Source: Candidatus Moraniibacteriota bacterium (GTDB taxonomy: Bacteria > Patescibacteriota > Minisyncoccia > Moranbacterales > UBA1568). From it: 64,000 nt of DNA. The DNA is taken from NCBI GenBank assembly GCA_017983435.1, contig JAGOBM010000004.1, positions 3,818 to 67,817 of the forward strand, given 5' to 3'. The notes under the pieces are model-generated. The model saw only the letters and a program-made list of their open reading frames with translations. It was not told where the DNA came from and searched no databases. Position numbers and translations under genes: made by a program. Below, in pieces: positions 38,162-47,116 of this stretch (position 1 is its first letter; the number at the start of each line of letters is the position of its first letter).

Positions 38162-40083
38162 ACGTGAAGGGAAAGAGGGTCGCGATCGACAAACGTGTCT
38201 TTCGGGAGCGACCGGAACCAGTCTTCGAGTTGGTCCGGAAAGGCGTCTCCTTTGACCCGGATCAAGACGCGGGCGATGTGCTGGCCGCGGAAACGGCGCT
38301 CGGGTGCCTGCTGTATGAAAATACGCCATTTTTCGCTTTCTGGCAATGCTTTGACGGCTTTCCCAAGCTTTTCAGCGGCACTGTCAGCCAGTCCTTGGGA
38401 ATCGCGTATCACCTCGACGGCGGCGAGCTCGGCGAAGGGCGGATAGGCCAGAGCGGAACGGTCATCGGTGAGGGTTTGGAGTATTTTGCCATAGGTCTCA
38501 CCGGCGATCTTGCGGAAGAAGGCGCTCTCGGGCTGGAAGGTCTCGAGGATGACGAGCCCCTGGCCTCCGGCGAGGAGCCGCGCTCGGAAGACGCGCTCGA
38601 GGAAGCGCTCATCGGTACGGAAGTCGCTCCAGGTAAGGAAGGTATCCGTATCGACGAAGACGACCAGTGAGATCGACGGATCGGAGAGGTGATTGAGGAG
38701 CGAGGGAACGCCAATCAGGATATCCGCCGTCTCGGTCAGTCCGTGCTCGACGAGAGCGCTCCGCTCAGCCCGGGTGTCGAGCGCCGTCCGATCGATGCGG
38801 GAGATGCGGGCGTAGGTGAAGGCCTTACGGATCTCGCGTTCGACCCGCTCGGTGCCGAATCCGACTTGGCGGAAACTGATATGTCCGCAGCCGGGACAGC
38901 TCGGGAAGAGCGGCGTATGGTACGTGCAGGCCGAGCAGGCGTAGGTGCCGGCTTTCTCAGGGTGCAGAGGCGCCTGGCACTCTGGGCAGCGGAAGATATT
39001 CTTGCAGCCTTCACAGAGCGTGATCTTGGAATAGCCAGACTGGTTGACGATGACGACGATTTTCTCCTGGCGGCCGAGCGCTTGCCCGATGCGGGTGCGG
39101 GCGGTCTCGGAGAGCGGAGAATAGTTCTTGCGGTAGCGCTCGAGCCGGAGATTGGTCGTCTCGATTGGAGCGATCGGCAGCGCGGCGACGAGATCGGTAT
39201 GTGTGAGGTGGCCCGCTGCTTCCGCCTTCATGTCGGCGATGGTGGCGAAGGGCGCGAGCGAGATAAGGTCGGCTCCGGATGACTCGGCAAGGAGTGAGGC
39301 AATGCGTCGGCCATCGTAGCGCGGGCTCATGTCCCATTGCTTGTAGGCGTCATCGATAGGGTCGACCATGATGATGGTACCGAGCGCCGAGAAAGGAGCG
39401 AAGAGCGCCTGGCGCGTGCCGATGATGATGGATCGCGGATCACGGGCGTATTCCCAGGCGGAGAAATACTGCTTGCCGGTTTCCGCACTTGTGAGGAGTC
39501 GATGGTCGATGCCGGAGCGATCAAGCGATGAGGAGAGGAGCTCGGCGCCGATGATTTCCGGCACGATGATGACGATTGAGCGTTTGGATTTCTTGCGGGC
39601 AGCGATGAGGAGAGCGATTGTTCGGTCGCGATCTTGAGGAGCGATACTGAGCGCGTGCCGGCCCGGTACCGAGAGGGGTGAGAGTGATTTTTTCAGCGCG
39701 GCGGGGATACGCGGCTTCGGCGTGATGGCTGTGCGCGGCGTGGGCGGGGAGAGCTTGGTAGCATCGGGGATGAAATGCGCGAGCGTCTTGCCGAGCGAAG
39801 TGAAGTACAGGCGGCTGATGGATTCCGCGAGCGCGAGCTGTCCCGGGGTGATGCAGTGCGGGGTGATGACCGCTGTGACTTCTTTCATCCAGGGGGCTGG
39901 CCGGGTCGGGAGCTCCTGGCAGATCGAGACGATACCGCGGAGCTGCTGCTTGCCAAAGGGGATGCTGACCAGCGATCCGGCTTCGATGGCCTGGCGCGAG
40001 AAATATGTGAAGAACGGCGACCGTTTGAGCGGCAGGATGGTGAGCGGGGCTATTTCGAGTCGGTAGAAGGTCGTGGAAGGCAT
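38158..40083 (-). CDS. priA: primosomal protein N' (PriA) homologue with apparently degenerate helicase ATPase motifs
   Basis: PriA N-terminal 3'-end binding region, VPEI box, C-terminal zinc-binding Cys cluster (CEGCKNIFRCPECQAPL...CSACTYHTPLFPSCPGCGH) and conserved priA-def-fmt order. Walker A position reads APQDRDRT (not GxTGSGKT), motif II DPIDDAYKQ (not DEEHDSSYKQ) and motif VI RLLAGG (not AGRAGR). Confidence 0.7.
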   Translation of the reverse strand: MPSTTFYRLEIAPLTILPLKRSPFFTYFSRQAIEAGSLVSIPFGKQQLRGIVSICQELPTRPAPWMKEVTAVITPHCITPGQLALAESISRLYFTSLGKTLAHFIPDATKLSPPTPRTAITPKPRIPAALKKSLSPLSVPGRHALSIAPQDRDRTIALLIAARKKSKRSIVIIVPEIIGAELLSSSLDRSGIDHRLLTSAETGKQYFSAWEYARDPRSIIIGTRQALFAPFSALGTIIMVDPIDDAYKQWDMSPRYDGRRIASLLAESSGADLISLAPFATIADMKAEAAGHLTHTDLVAALPIAPIETTNLRLERYRKNYSPLSETARTRIGQALGRQEKIVVIVNQSGYSKITLCEGCKNIFRCPECQAPLHPEKAGTYACSACTYHTPLFPSCPGCGHISFRQVGFGTERVEREIRKAFTYARISRIDRTALDTRAERSALVEHGLTETADILIGVPSLLNHLSDPSISLVVFVDTDTFLTWSDFRTDERFLERVFRARLLAGGQGLVILETFQPESAFFRKIAGETYGKILQTLTDDRSALAYPPFAELAAVEVIRDSQGLADSAAEKLGKAVKALPESEKWRIFIQQAPERRFRGQHIARVLIRVKGDAFPDQLEDWFRSLPKDTFVDRDPLSLHV

Positions 40084-40193
40084 AGAGTCATCTCATTGTA
40101 CCAAGTTTCGCGCTGGCTGTATGCGGGACCGGACGTGAAAACTTGTCTTTTTGGCTTTTCCAAGCTACAATTCGGCTATTCATCACTTATTCT

Positions 40194-40742
40194 ATGCTCC
40201 AGCGCAGGCTTTTTATCGGGATACCGCTCTCTTCAGCACTCGCCTCCCGTCTCTCCAAAGAGATGGCGGCGTGGCCGAAGGAGATTTTTCTCAAGACGGA
40301 CAAGGACAATCTCCATGTCACGCTGTTTTTTCTCGGCTTCGTCCGCGAGAATACTGTGCCGGATATCTGCGAGAAGGTCCGGGCGCTCTGCGAGACTATG
40401 GAATCATTCGAGATCGAGTTCTCAGGCATCCGTCTCATGCCGACTCCGGAGGACGCCAAGATGGTCTGGCTCGCCGGAGAGCCGAGCGAGGAGCTCCGCG
40501 ATCTCAAGACCGCTATCGAGCGCGAGCTCTCCTTCGTCGTCTCAGCCGAACCGAAAATCTATCGTCCGCATATCACGCTGTCCCGGATGAAGAAGGCCCG
40601 CTTCCAGGCACTCGATCCGAAGCCGACCATCGAGAAAGATATCCGGTTGGTCGAATCGGTCGACACGGTGGTCGTCTATGAGAGCATCATGGAAGACGGG
40701 AAGCGACGCTACATGCCGATCGAATCGGTCCCGCTCATCTAG
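40194..40742 (+). CDS. thpR: RNA 2',3'-cyclic phosphodiesterase (2H phosphoesterase, LigT/ThpR family)
   Basis: Two H-x-T-x motifs (HVTLFFLG and HITLSR) at canonical spacing. Start at Met18. Confidence 0.7.
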   Translation: MLQRRLFIGIPLSSALASRLSKEMAAWPKEIFLKTDKDNLHVTLFFLGFVRENTVPDICEKVRALCETMESFEIEFSGIRLMPTPEDAKMVWLAGEPSEELRDLKTAIERELSFVVSAEPKIYRPHITLSRMKKARFQALDPKPTIEKDIRLVESVDTVVVYESIMEDGKRRYMPIESVPLI

Positions 40743-40768
40743 TCCTCCGAAGATCGGAGCAGTTTCTT

Positions 40769-41509
40769 TTGCTAACGCGTACTCGCATGCATCTCCTCGG
40801 CATCGATATTGATGCGCTTCGGCGCTCGGAGCTCCTCGCGCGCTGCGAGCGCTGGCTGTCGGAAGCAGGCGGGTTCCATCGGATCGCCACGGTCAATCCA
40901 GAGTTTCTGCTGCTCGCTGATCAGGATGCTTCATTTCGTCAGGCGCTCACGGCAGCGGATCTCCGTATCGCTGACGGCTTCGGTGTCGTGCTCGCCGCTT
41001 GGCTTCGAGGAGTCTCTCTCGAACGTTTCCCAGGAGCGGATATCATGGAAGCATTGCTCCGGATCGCCCATGCGCAAAAAATATCGATCTACCTCGCTAT
41101 CCGCAAAGACGGACTGAGCTCGTATGCGGAAGTCAGAGCTGCGATTCTGAGGCAGTACTCGGATATGAAAGTAGAGGGTGCCGACTTTGAGAGCGGACAA
41201 TCTTTGGATTCTACAATCCAAAATCCAAAATCCAAAATCATTTTCTGCAACTTCGGGGCACCCGAACAGGAAATATTTCTTGAGTCACTCCGAACGCAGC
41301 CGGGCAACATCTGTATCGCTATGGGAGTGGGTGGGGCGCTCGACTATCTCACGGGCCGCATCGCGCGGGCGCCTCGGCTCTGGCGCCGTCTCGGCCTCGA
41401 GTGGCTCTGGCGTCTCATCCAGCAGCCCCGGCGTCTCGGTCGTATCTGGAATGCGACGGCGGTGTTCCTCTGGAGAGTCTTCCGGGAAAAAGAAAAGACG
41501 ACCGCATAA
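40769..41509 (+). CDS. WecB/TagA/CpsF family glycosyltransferase (GT26, N-acetylmannosaminyl-type transferase)
   Basis: LLGIDIDAL...IATVNPEFLLLADQD...LRIADGFGVVLAA...CNFGAPEQEIF...LWRLIQQPRR matches the TagA/WecG family. Contains in-frame (CCAAAAT)n tract. Confidence 0.65.
   Translation: MLTRTRMHLLGIDIDALRRSELLARCERWLSEAGGFHRIATVNPEFLLLADQDASFRQALTAADLRIADGFGVVLAAWLRGVSLERFPGADIMEALLRIAHAQKISIYLAIRKDGLSSYAEVRAAILRQYSDMKVEGADFESGQSLDSTIQNPKSKIIFCNFGAPEQEIFLESLRTQPGNICIAMGVGGALDYLTGRIARAPRLWRRLGLEWLWRLIQQPRRLGRIWNATAVFLWRVFREKEKTTA
41215..41245. repeat. (CCAAAAT)~3 heptanucleotide microsatellite in frame within TagA-like gene
   Basis: caatccaaaatccaaaatccaaaatcatttt encodes TIQNPKSKIIF. Confidence 0.65.
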
Positions 41510-41545
41510 CATGATTATGAAGTCGTCTGAGTGAGTAGATCTGCA

Positions 41546-41791
41546 TCATTGTTGCTGAATATCTACGTGCTTTTTTGGAAGAGGTATTACCTCTTGATAC
41601 TCGCAAGAGAAGCAGTCTCGGATAGTGCAAACTTCTGATTTTCCGCGGCGGTCTTCTTCGGCAGTGCCGGTAATCGTGAGTCGACTGCCGCAGTGCGAGC
41701 ACTTATGAAACCAGCCAGAGAGCAGTCCGACGCCGATGATGAGCGCAGCGATGATAGCCAGAAAGGCCATCAATGGAAACAAGATGCTCAT
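41546..41791 (-). CDS. small membrane-anchored zinc-ribbon protein, hypothetical
   Basis: 81 aa with an N-terminal TM helix, then CSHCGS...C..CFSC (two CxxC pairs). Confidence 0.4.
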   Translation of the reverse strand: MSILFPLMAFLAIIAALIIGVGLLSGWFHKCSHCGSRLTITGTAEEDRRGKSEVCTIRDCFSCEYQEVIPLPKKHVDIQQQ

Positions 41792-41898
41792 AGTGTCCTC
41801 CTGTTTTGTAGTATGGGATCAATTTAATCTCCAAGTGAAGAAGTGCTACAAGATTGAATTTGTAGCCTTCCTCAGCTACAATACTCAAAGAACTCAGT

Positions 41899-43494
41899 TT
41901 GATATTTATACATAATTTTATAATTTCTGTCAACATGGATTCCGTTGCGCCCCGAGTCCGTTTCGCTCCGTCTCCGACCGGCTATCTGCATGTCGGCGGT
42001 CTGCGCACCGCGCTCTACAATTATCTCTTCGCTCGGCGGCAGTGTGGTGTCTACGCGCTCCGCATCGAAGATACCGATCAGTCGCGTTTCGTCGAAGGAG
42101 CGGTCGAGAGCCTGTTCCGCTCGCTCACGACGCTCGGGGTGCGGCATGACGAAGGGATATTTCTCAAGGACGAGTCTCTTGATGGCGTGACCCGGCAATC
42201 GGAGCGCTATCCGGATATCGTCGAGCGTGGCGCCTATGGTCCGTATATCCAGTCAGAGCGTCTCTCGCTCTATCGCCAGTATGCCGATGAGCTCGTCGCT
42301 TCCGGCAAGGCCTATCGCTGCTTCTGCTCGTCAGAGCGGCTCGAGGAGATGCGGGCGACGCAGATGGCGGAGAAGCGGGCGCCGAAATACGACCGCCACT
42401 GCCGGAATCTCGGAGCCGAGAAAGTCGCGAGCCAGATGGCTCTGGGTACTCCATCGGTGATCCGTCTCGCGGTGCCTGATGATCGGAATATCATCTTTGA
42501 AGACAGCGTGCGCGGCGAGGTGAAGATCTCGACCGATGCTTTCGACGATCAGGTACTGATCAAGTCAGACGGATTCCCGACCTACCATCTGGCCAATGTC
42601 GTCGATGATCATCTCATGGAAATCACCGACGTGATCCGCGGCGAGGAGTGGCTCCCATCTACCCCGAAACACATCCTCCTCTATGAGGCTTTCGGTTGGA
42701 CAGCGCCGCGCTTCGCACATCTGCCGCTCCTGCTCAACCCGGACAAGTCCAAGCTCTCCAAGCGCCAGGGTGATGTCGCGGTCGAGGATTATCTCGCCAA
42801 AGGCTACCTCAAGGAAGCGCTCATCAATTTCGTCGCCTTTCTCGGGTGGAATCCCGGGCATGGCGAGACGCAGGAGATATTCTCTCTCGAAGAGCTGGTA
42901 GCCAAATTCGATCTGGCCAATGTACACAAGGCCGGCGCTGTTTTCGATATGCAGAAGCTCGACTGGCTGAACGGCGAATACATCAAGCGCCTCGCGATTG
43001 ACGATCTTCTCGAGCGGGCGCTGCCATTCTTCGAATCCAAAGATTTCTTCCAGGCCTGGCAGTCCACGCATGCCGGGCTGTCATCCGATGAACAGTCTGC
43101 GTTTATGAAGCGCGTGCTCGTCATCGAGCAGGACCGTCTGGCCAAGCTCTCAGATGTCGGCGAGCAGAACCCGTTTTTCTTTTCCGCGACCCTCGAGTAC
43201 GATCGCGACCTGCTGCGCTGGAAAGAGAATACCGACGCCGAGACGCACGAGGCGCTCTCGCAAGCGCTCGAGCTACTCGAAAAGCAGGAGACATCCGTGT
43301 GGTCTGATCACGCGGCTCTCGAGAAGTTGTTGCTCGAAGCGGCAGGGGACAAGCGGGGTGATTTTCTCTGGCCATTGCGTGTCGCGCTCTCCGGAGTCGC
43401 CAAATCCCCGTCGCCATTCGACTGCGCCTGGGTACTCGGTCGGGAGGCATCGCTCAAGCGTCTCCGTCGGGCCATCGAGAAGCTGTCTGTCTGA
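41899..43494 (+). CDS. gltX: glutamyl-tRNA synthetase
   Basis: RVRFAPSPTGYLHVGGLRTALYNYLFA (class I HIGH-type motif) and KLSKRQGDV (KMSKS-type). Probable start at Met13 (41935). Confidence 0.85.
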   Translation: MIFIHNFIISVNMDSVAPRVRFAPSPTGYLHVGGLRTALYNYLFARRQCGVYALRIEDTDQSRFVEGAVESLFRSLTTLGVRHDEGIFLKDESLDGVTRQSERYPDIVERGAYGPYIQSERLSLYRQYADELVASGKAYRCFCSSERLEEMRATQMAEKRAPKYDRHCRNLGAEKVASQMALGTPSVIRLAVPDDRNIIFEDSVRGEVKISTDAFDDQVLIKSDGFPTYHLANVVDDHLMEITDVIRGEEWLPSTPKHILLYEAFGWTAPRFAHLPLLLNPDKSKLSKRQGDVAVEDYLAKGYLKEALINFVAFLGWNPGHGETQEIFSLEELVAKFDLANVHKAGAVFDMQKLDWLNGEYIKRLAIDDLLERALPFFESKDFFQAWQSTHAGLSSDEQSAFMKRVLVIEQDRLAKLSDVGEQNPFFFSATLEYDRDLLRWKENTDAETHEALSQALELLEKQETSVWSDHAALEKLLLEAAGDKRGDFLWPLRVALSGVAKSPSPFDCAWVLGREASLKRLRRAIEKLSV

Positions 43495-43521
43495 TATATC
43501 TCAACCGCATATATCGTCTGA

Positions 43522-43562
43522 AAAGAAAAAAGCCCTGAGGAATGTTTCCCTCGGGGCTTTGT
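43522..43562. terminator. bidirectional intrinsic terminator
   Basis: GCCCTGAGG...CCTCGGGGC hairpin flanked by an A-run (T-run on minus strand) and TTTG. Confidence 0.6.
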
Positions 43563-43583
43563 GGGTCTGGCTATCAGCAGGAG

Positions 43584-43907
43584 TTACGATGCTTCAGTCT
43601 CTACGCTGATATTGTTGATTTCCGATTTCGAATTATATATTTTCGTTACAAAACGGAAAAATGCATAGAGACCGCCGATGACTGAAGCAGAAGCGAGCGC
43701 GAGGCCGAAGTTTGTCCAAGCATTGCCGATCTTAGTGACCGTGGCGTATTCGCCGATCAGTCCAAAGACAGCAGCACAAAACAGTATCACGAGCGTACTG
43801 CGTATCGACATCGAATTTTCAGTATCAGTTTCCTTCTCACTACCGCTCGCTAGAGCTGTAAAGATGAAGAATAATAGAGCTATACCGCCTATATTTCCAT
43901 ACGTCAT
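43584..43907 (-). CDS. small integral membrane protein, hypothetical
   Basis: 107 aa with 3 predicted TM helices. Confidence 0.4.
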   Translation of the reverse strand: MTYGNIGGIALLFFIFTALASGSEKETDTENSMSIRSTLVILFCAAVFGLIGEYATVTKIGNAWTNFGLALASASVIGGLYAFFRFVTKIYNSKSEINNISVETEAS

Positions 43908-44061
43908 GTCGGACCTTTCTATGATTGTTGACGACTGTTTTTGAAAGTACTACGCTGTACATTATAGCATTTTATTGATATTAGTCAATATTCCAAACCA
44001 AGAGAAACCAAGACGTCTTTTGGAAGGGGAGTAGAATCCAAAAAGTGGTATAATAGGAGCA

Positions 44062-45342
44062 ATGGAACGAAATAAAAACCTCCATCGATATTCGTTTATT
44101 TTTTTCGTCTCTGTCGGGCTCGTGTTGAGCTCGGGCTTTTGGGTGCGCGCAGCTGCTGATATGGGATTGTCAGATGCTGAGAAAAAAGCGATCGAAGACA
44201 AGCAGGACAAGCTCGATGAGATCAAAGCGAAGATCAAAGCCTACAATCAGATCATCGACCTGAAGCAGCGCCAAGGATCGACACTCGCGACACAGATCCA
44301 ATCGCTCGAAGCGCAGGCCAACAAGCTCGAGCTCGAGATCAATAACAATCAGGCTCGTATCGAAAATCTGACTGGAGAGATCGGATCGCTCGAGAAGCGC
44401 ATCGCCGACAAAGAGCTGATGATCCTCTCGCAGAGACGGCTCCTGTCTGAATTGATGCGGAGTGTTTCTGGTCAGTCATCTATCGGCATCATTCGACTCA
44501 TCACTGAGCCGAACGGTGAGTCCGGCTGGACTCTGAAGGACGATGAGCGTGTCGCGCAGACGAGCGGGCGGCTCGGTGAGCTGCTGGAGGAAATCCGTAT
44601 GACCAAGCAGGAGCTCGAGAACGAGCAGACGGTGCTCGAGCACAAGAAAGCCGAAGCGGATTCCGTCCAGGAGCAGCTCTCCAAGCAGAACGACTATCTC
44701 GAGTCGACCAAAGATACCAAAGCCAGCCTGCTCTCGAAGACACAATCCGAAGTCAAGAAATACAATACGATCGTCGATCAGCTCGAGGAGGAGCGCGATG
44801 CGATCGAGAACGAAATCGAATCCCTCGAGTCGACCAAGATCGGCGAGCTCAATCTGAAAGACATGCCGGCGTTCAAGCACGGGCTGCTCGGGTATCCGGT
44901 GAAGAAAGTCACGTTCTCTCAGGGGTACGGGAAGACATCGTTTGCCAAGACGTCGAAGTTCTACGGCAGTTCCGGTTTTCACAACGGACTCGATTTCGCC
45001 ATGCCGACCGGGACGAGCGTACTGGCCGCCGCTGATGGCAAAGTCGTCGCGACGGGCAACAACGGACGCTATGCCTATGGCCGCTGGATGGCGATCGATC
45101 ATGGCAACGGCATCGTCACGATGTATGGCCACCTGAGCTCCGTCGTGAAGTCCAGGGGCTCGACCGTCAAGCGAGGCGATACGATCGCGAAGTCCGGCAG
45201 CACCGGCAACTCGACCGGCCCGCATCTCCACTTCACGGTCTTCTCGGCCAAGTCATTCGAAATCGTGCCATCAAAATCCGTGAAGAGCGTCAAAGATATC
45301 CCGGTCGGCGCTACCGTCAACCCGAAGAATTATCTCCCATAA
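44062..45342 (+). CDS. M23 family metallopeptidase with long N-terminal coiled coil (EnvC/PcsB-like architecture, catalytic residues intact)
   Basis: Signal or TM segment, ~250 aa of heptad-rich coiled coil, then HNGLDFAMPTGTSV...DHGNGIVTMYGHLS...GPHLHFTVF (HxxxD and HxH LytM motifs). Confidence 0.75.
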   Translation: MERNKNLHRYSFIFFVSVGLVLSSGFWVRAAADMGLSDAEKKAIEDKQDKLDEIKAKIKAYNQIIDLKQRQGSTLATQIQSLEAQANKLELEINNNQARIENLTGEIGSLEKRIADKELMILSQRRLLSELMRSVSGQSSIGIIRLITEPNGESGWTLKDDERVAQTSGRLGELLEEIRMTKQELENEQTVLEHKKAEADSVQEQLSKQNDYLESTKDTKASLLSKTQSEVKKYNTIVDQLEEERDAIENEIESLESTKIGELNLKDMPAFKHGLLGYPVKKVTFSQGYGKTSFAKTSKFYGSSGFHNGLDFAMPTGTSVLAAADGKVVATGNNGRYAYGRWMAIDHGNGIVTMYGHLSSVVKSRGSTVKRGDTIAKSGSTGNSTGPHLHFTVFSAKSFEIVPSKSVKSVKDIPVGATVNPKNYLP

Positions 45343-45352
45343 AATCCGCGCT

Positions 45353-46117
45353 ATGGCAGCAGGGCAGTCTTATCCGATACGGGCCAGAATAGCGGGGGAT
45401 ATCATTGCAGAAATTGTGCTGCCCGAGCGGCAGACTGGCAAGGTCGCGATTCTCGCCTCCGGACTCCCCTCGACTCCGTCAAAAGGGGAGTTACTTCATT
45501 TTTTTTCGGACCAGGGATACGTCGCCATTGCTCCGCGTTACCGAGGGACCTGGGAAAGCGATGGCATCTTCCTTGATCGATCCCCGGCGCAGGATATACG
45601 CGATGTCGTCAATGAGCTCGTGACACACCGGAGCATCGTCGATAGCTTCACGGGTGAACGCGTGAAGATCCGTGTCTCGGCCGTGCATCTCTTCGGTTTC
45701 TCATTTGGCGGACCGGCGGTGCTGCTCAACTCAGAGCTTCCGATCGTGAAAAAAATCGTCGCGGTCTCCCCTGTCATCGATTGGCAAAAAGAAGGGGAGG
45801 ACGAACCGTTTGATCAGCACGTGCGTTTCATCGCAGCCGGTTTCGGCGGAGCGTATCGGACACGACGTCCGACGGATTGGCAGAAGCTTGTCACGACGGA
45901 TTTCTACAGCCCGATACTGCGGATGAAAAACATCGACGGCCGGAAGATCTGCATCATCCATGCCGAGGATGATCGCGTCGTGCCGTATGAGCCACTCATC
46001 GATTTTGCGCAAGCGACCGGAGCGCAATACTATCTCAAACCGAAGGGCGGACATAGCCTCAAGATCAGACATCGCTTCCTCTGGAAGAAAATCTCTGCGT
46101 TTCTCGAGAGCTACTAA
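45353..46117 (+). CDS. alpha/beta hydrolase fold protein (dienelactone hydrolase / S9-like)
   Basis: GFSFGG nucleophile elbow plus catalytic Asp/His region (IIHAEDDRVVPY ... GGHS). Confidence 0.6.
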   Translation: MAAGQSYPIRARIAGDIIAEIVLPERQTGKVAILASGLPSTPSKGELLHFFSDQGYVAIAPRYRGTWESDGIFLDRSPAQDIRDVVNELVTHRSIVDSFTGERVKIRVSAVHLFGFSFGGPAVLLNSELPIVKKIVAVSPVIDWQKEGEDEPFDQHVRFIAAGFGGAYRTRRPTDWQKLVTTDFYSPILRMKNIDGRKICIIHAEDDRVVPYEPLIDFAQATGAQYYLKPKGGHSLKIRHRFLWKKISAFLESY

Positions 46118-46214
46118 TCCAGCTCTTTTTCTTTGCGTTTTTCGGGTGCTTGACGGGTATCGGTACCTGCGCTTTACTACGTCTATCTTTACAGTTCTTT
46201 TGGAGGATCATATC

Positions 46215-46586
46215 ATGTCCCATATCCCCGGAGCGGAGTCGTCGAAAGTGACACCGATCCACCCTCTCCATCCGGTCAGGGTTCCCGGTGTGCAGTACGG
46301 AAAAGATGAAACCAATTATCATCTCGGCCGGCGTATCGCTCATCTCCGCTACGACCAGATCGTCGATCTCCTTTGGGGGATACTCGATGAAATCTGGGAA
46401 CAGTTCAAGCGTGATGAGGAACGCGGCCGCGTATCGATCGCCAAGGCAGCGACGCACGTGATCGTCTACCTGCGTCTGAGTATCGTCTACTTCATCAAGA
46501 TGCATCGTTTCTCGAAACCGCATATGCAGCACGAGTTTGATGCGCATCCCGAATCCGCTGCTGTGGATCGGAATGGCGATGAGTGA
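46215..46586 (+). CDS. hypothetical protein (123 aa)
   Basis: SD ggagga 7 nt before ATG 46215. Upstream TTGACG-17-TTTACT promoter-like element. Track ORF 45960-46586 overextends into the previous gene. Confidence 0.5.
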   Translation: MSHIPGAESSKVTPIHPLHPVRVPGVQYGKDETNYHLGRRIAHLRYDQIVDLLWGILDEIWEQFKRDEERGRVSIAKAATHVIVYLRLSIVYFIKMHRFSKPHMQHEFDAHPESAAVDRNGDE

Positions 46587-46729
46587 TCGCTCATGGATAT
46601 GCCTCGGACTACGAAAGCAAATTTTTCCCTCGCTATCGCTTCAGAAATCTCGGGCATCAGGAAAAATTACTTTCGCACTCCGGGCCATCGCAGATCTCAT
46701 TACGGAGCCCCGGATTTTTTCCGGTCCGA

Positions 46730-46771
46730 CTCCCCCGGCTTTTTAACGAAAAACGGGGGAGTTTTTATTTT
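46730..46771 (+). terminator. intrinsic terminator
   Basis: CTCCCCCG...CGGGGGAG 8-bp stem followed by TTTTTATTTTT. Confidence 0.7.
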
Positions 46772-47039
46772 TCGGAAAAGGACAGCCCGGGATGGTATAG
46801 AGGTATGGGGTATGAGTGCAATTTGATGAAATAAAACATCAGAGATAGAGAAGTATCAGAATGAACACGAGTGGGTGATGATAGTATATGACTCAAAAAA
46901 GATCGTTCGTTAGAACGCATTTAAACACTTCGTTTTTTGGCTTATTCAGGGGACTACGAGATTCATTCGTGGATATTCCTTTTACAGAGCCTTTTTTGTT
47001 TTTGCATAATGTCGCATAAGTATCATTATGCGACATGAT

Positions 47040-47084
47040 AAGAAAAAAGAGAACCGGTACCCTGGATTTCAGGATACCGGTATT
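47040..47084 (-). terminator. intrinsic terminator for GGDEF gene
   Basis: ACCGGTA(C/T)CCT hairpin. On the minus strand it is followed by TCTCTTTTTTCTT. Confidence 0.55.
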
Positions 47085-47116
47085 TCGGTCGGCACTGCCT
47101 GCGATTGTCTATATAA

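Noticed and set aside
11120-41245. CRISPR array interpretation of the A-rich repeats
   Set aside because: Units are 7 nt, contiguous, inside ORFs, with no spacers or cas genes. They are microsatellites, not CRISPR.
47009-47037. Palindrome at 47009-47037 as an intrinsic terminator
   Set aside because: It has no T-run downstream on either strand. Proper terminators for both flanking genes exist elsewhere (46730-46771, 47040-47084).
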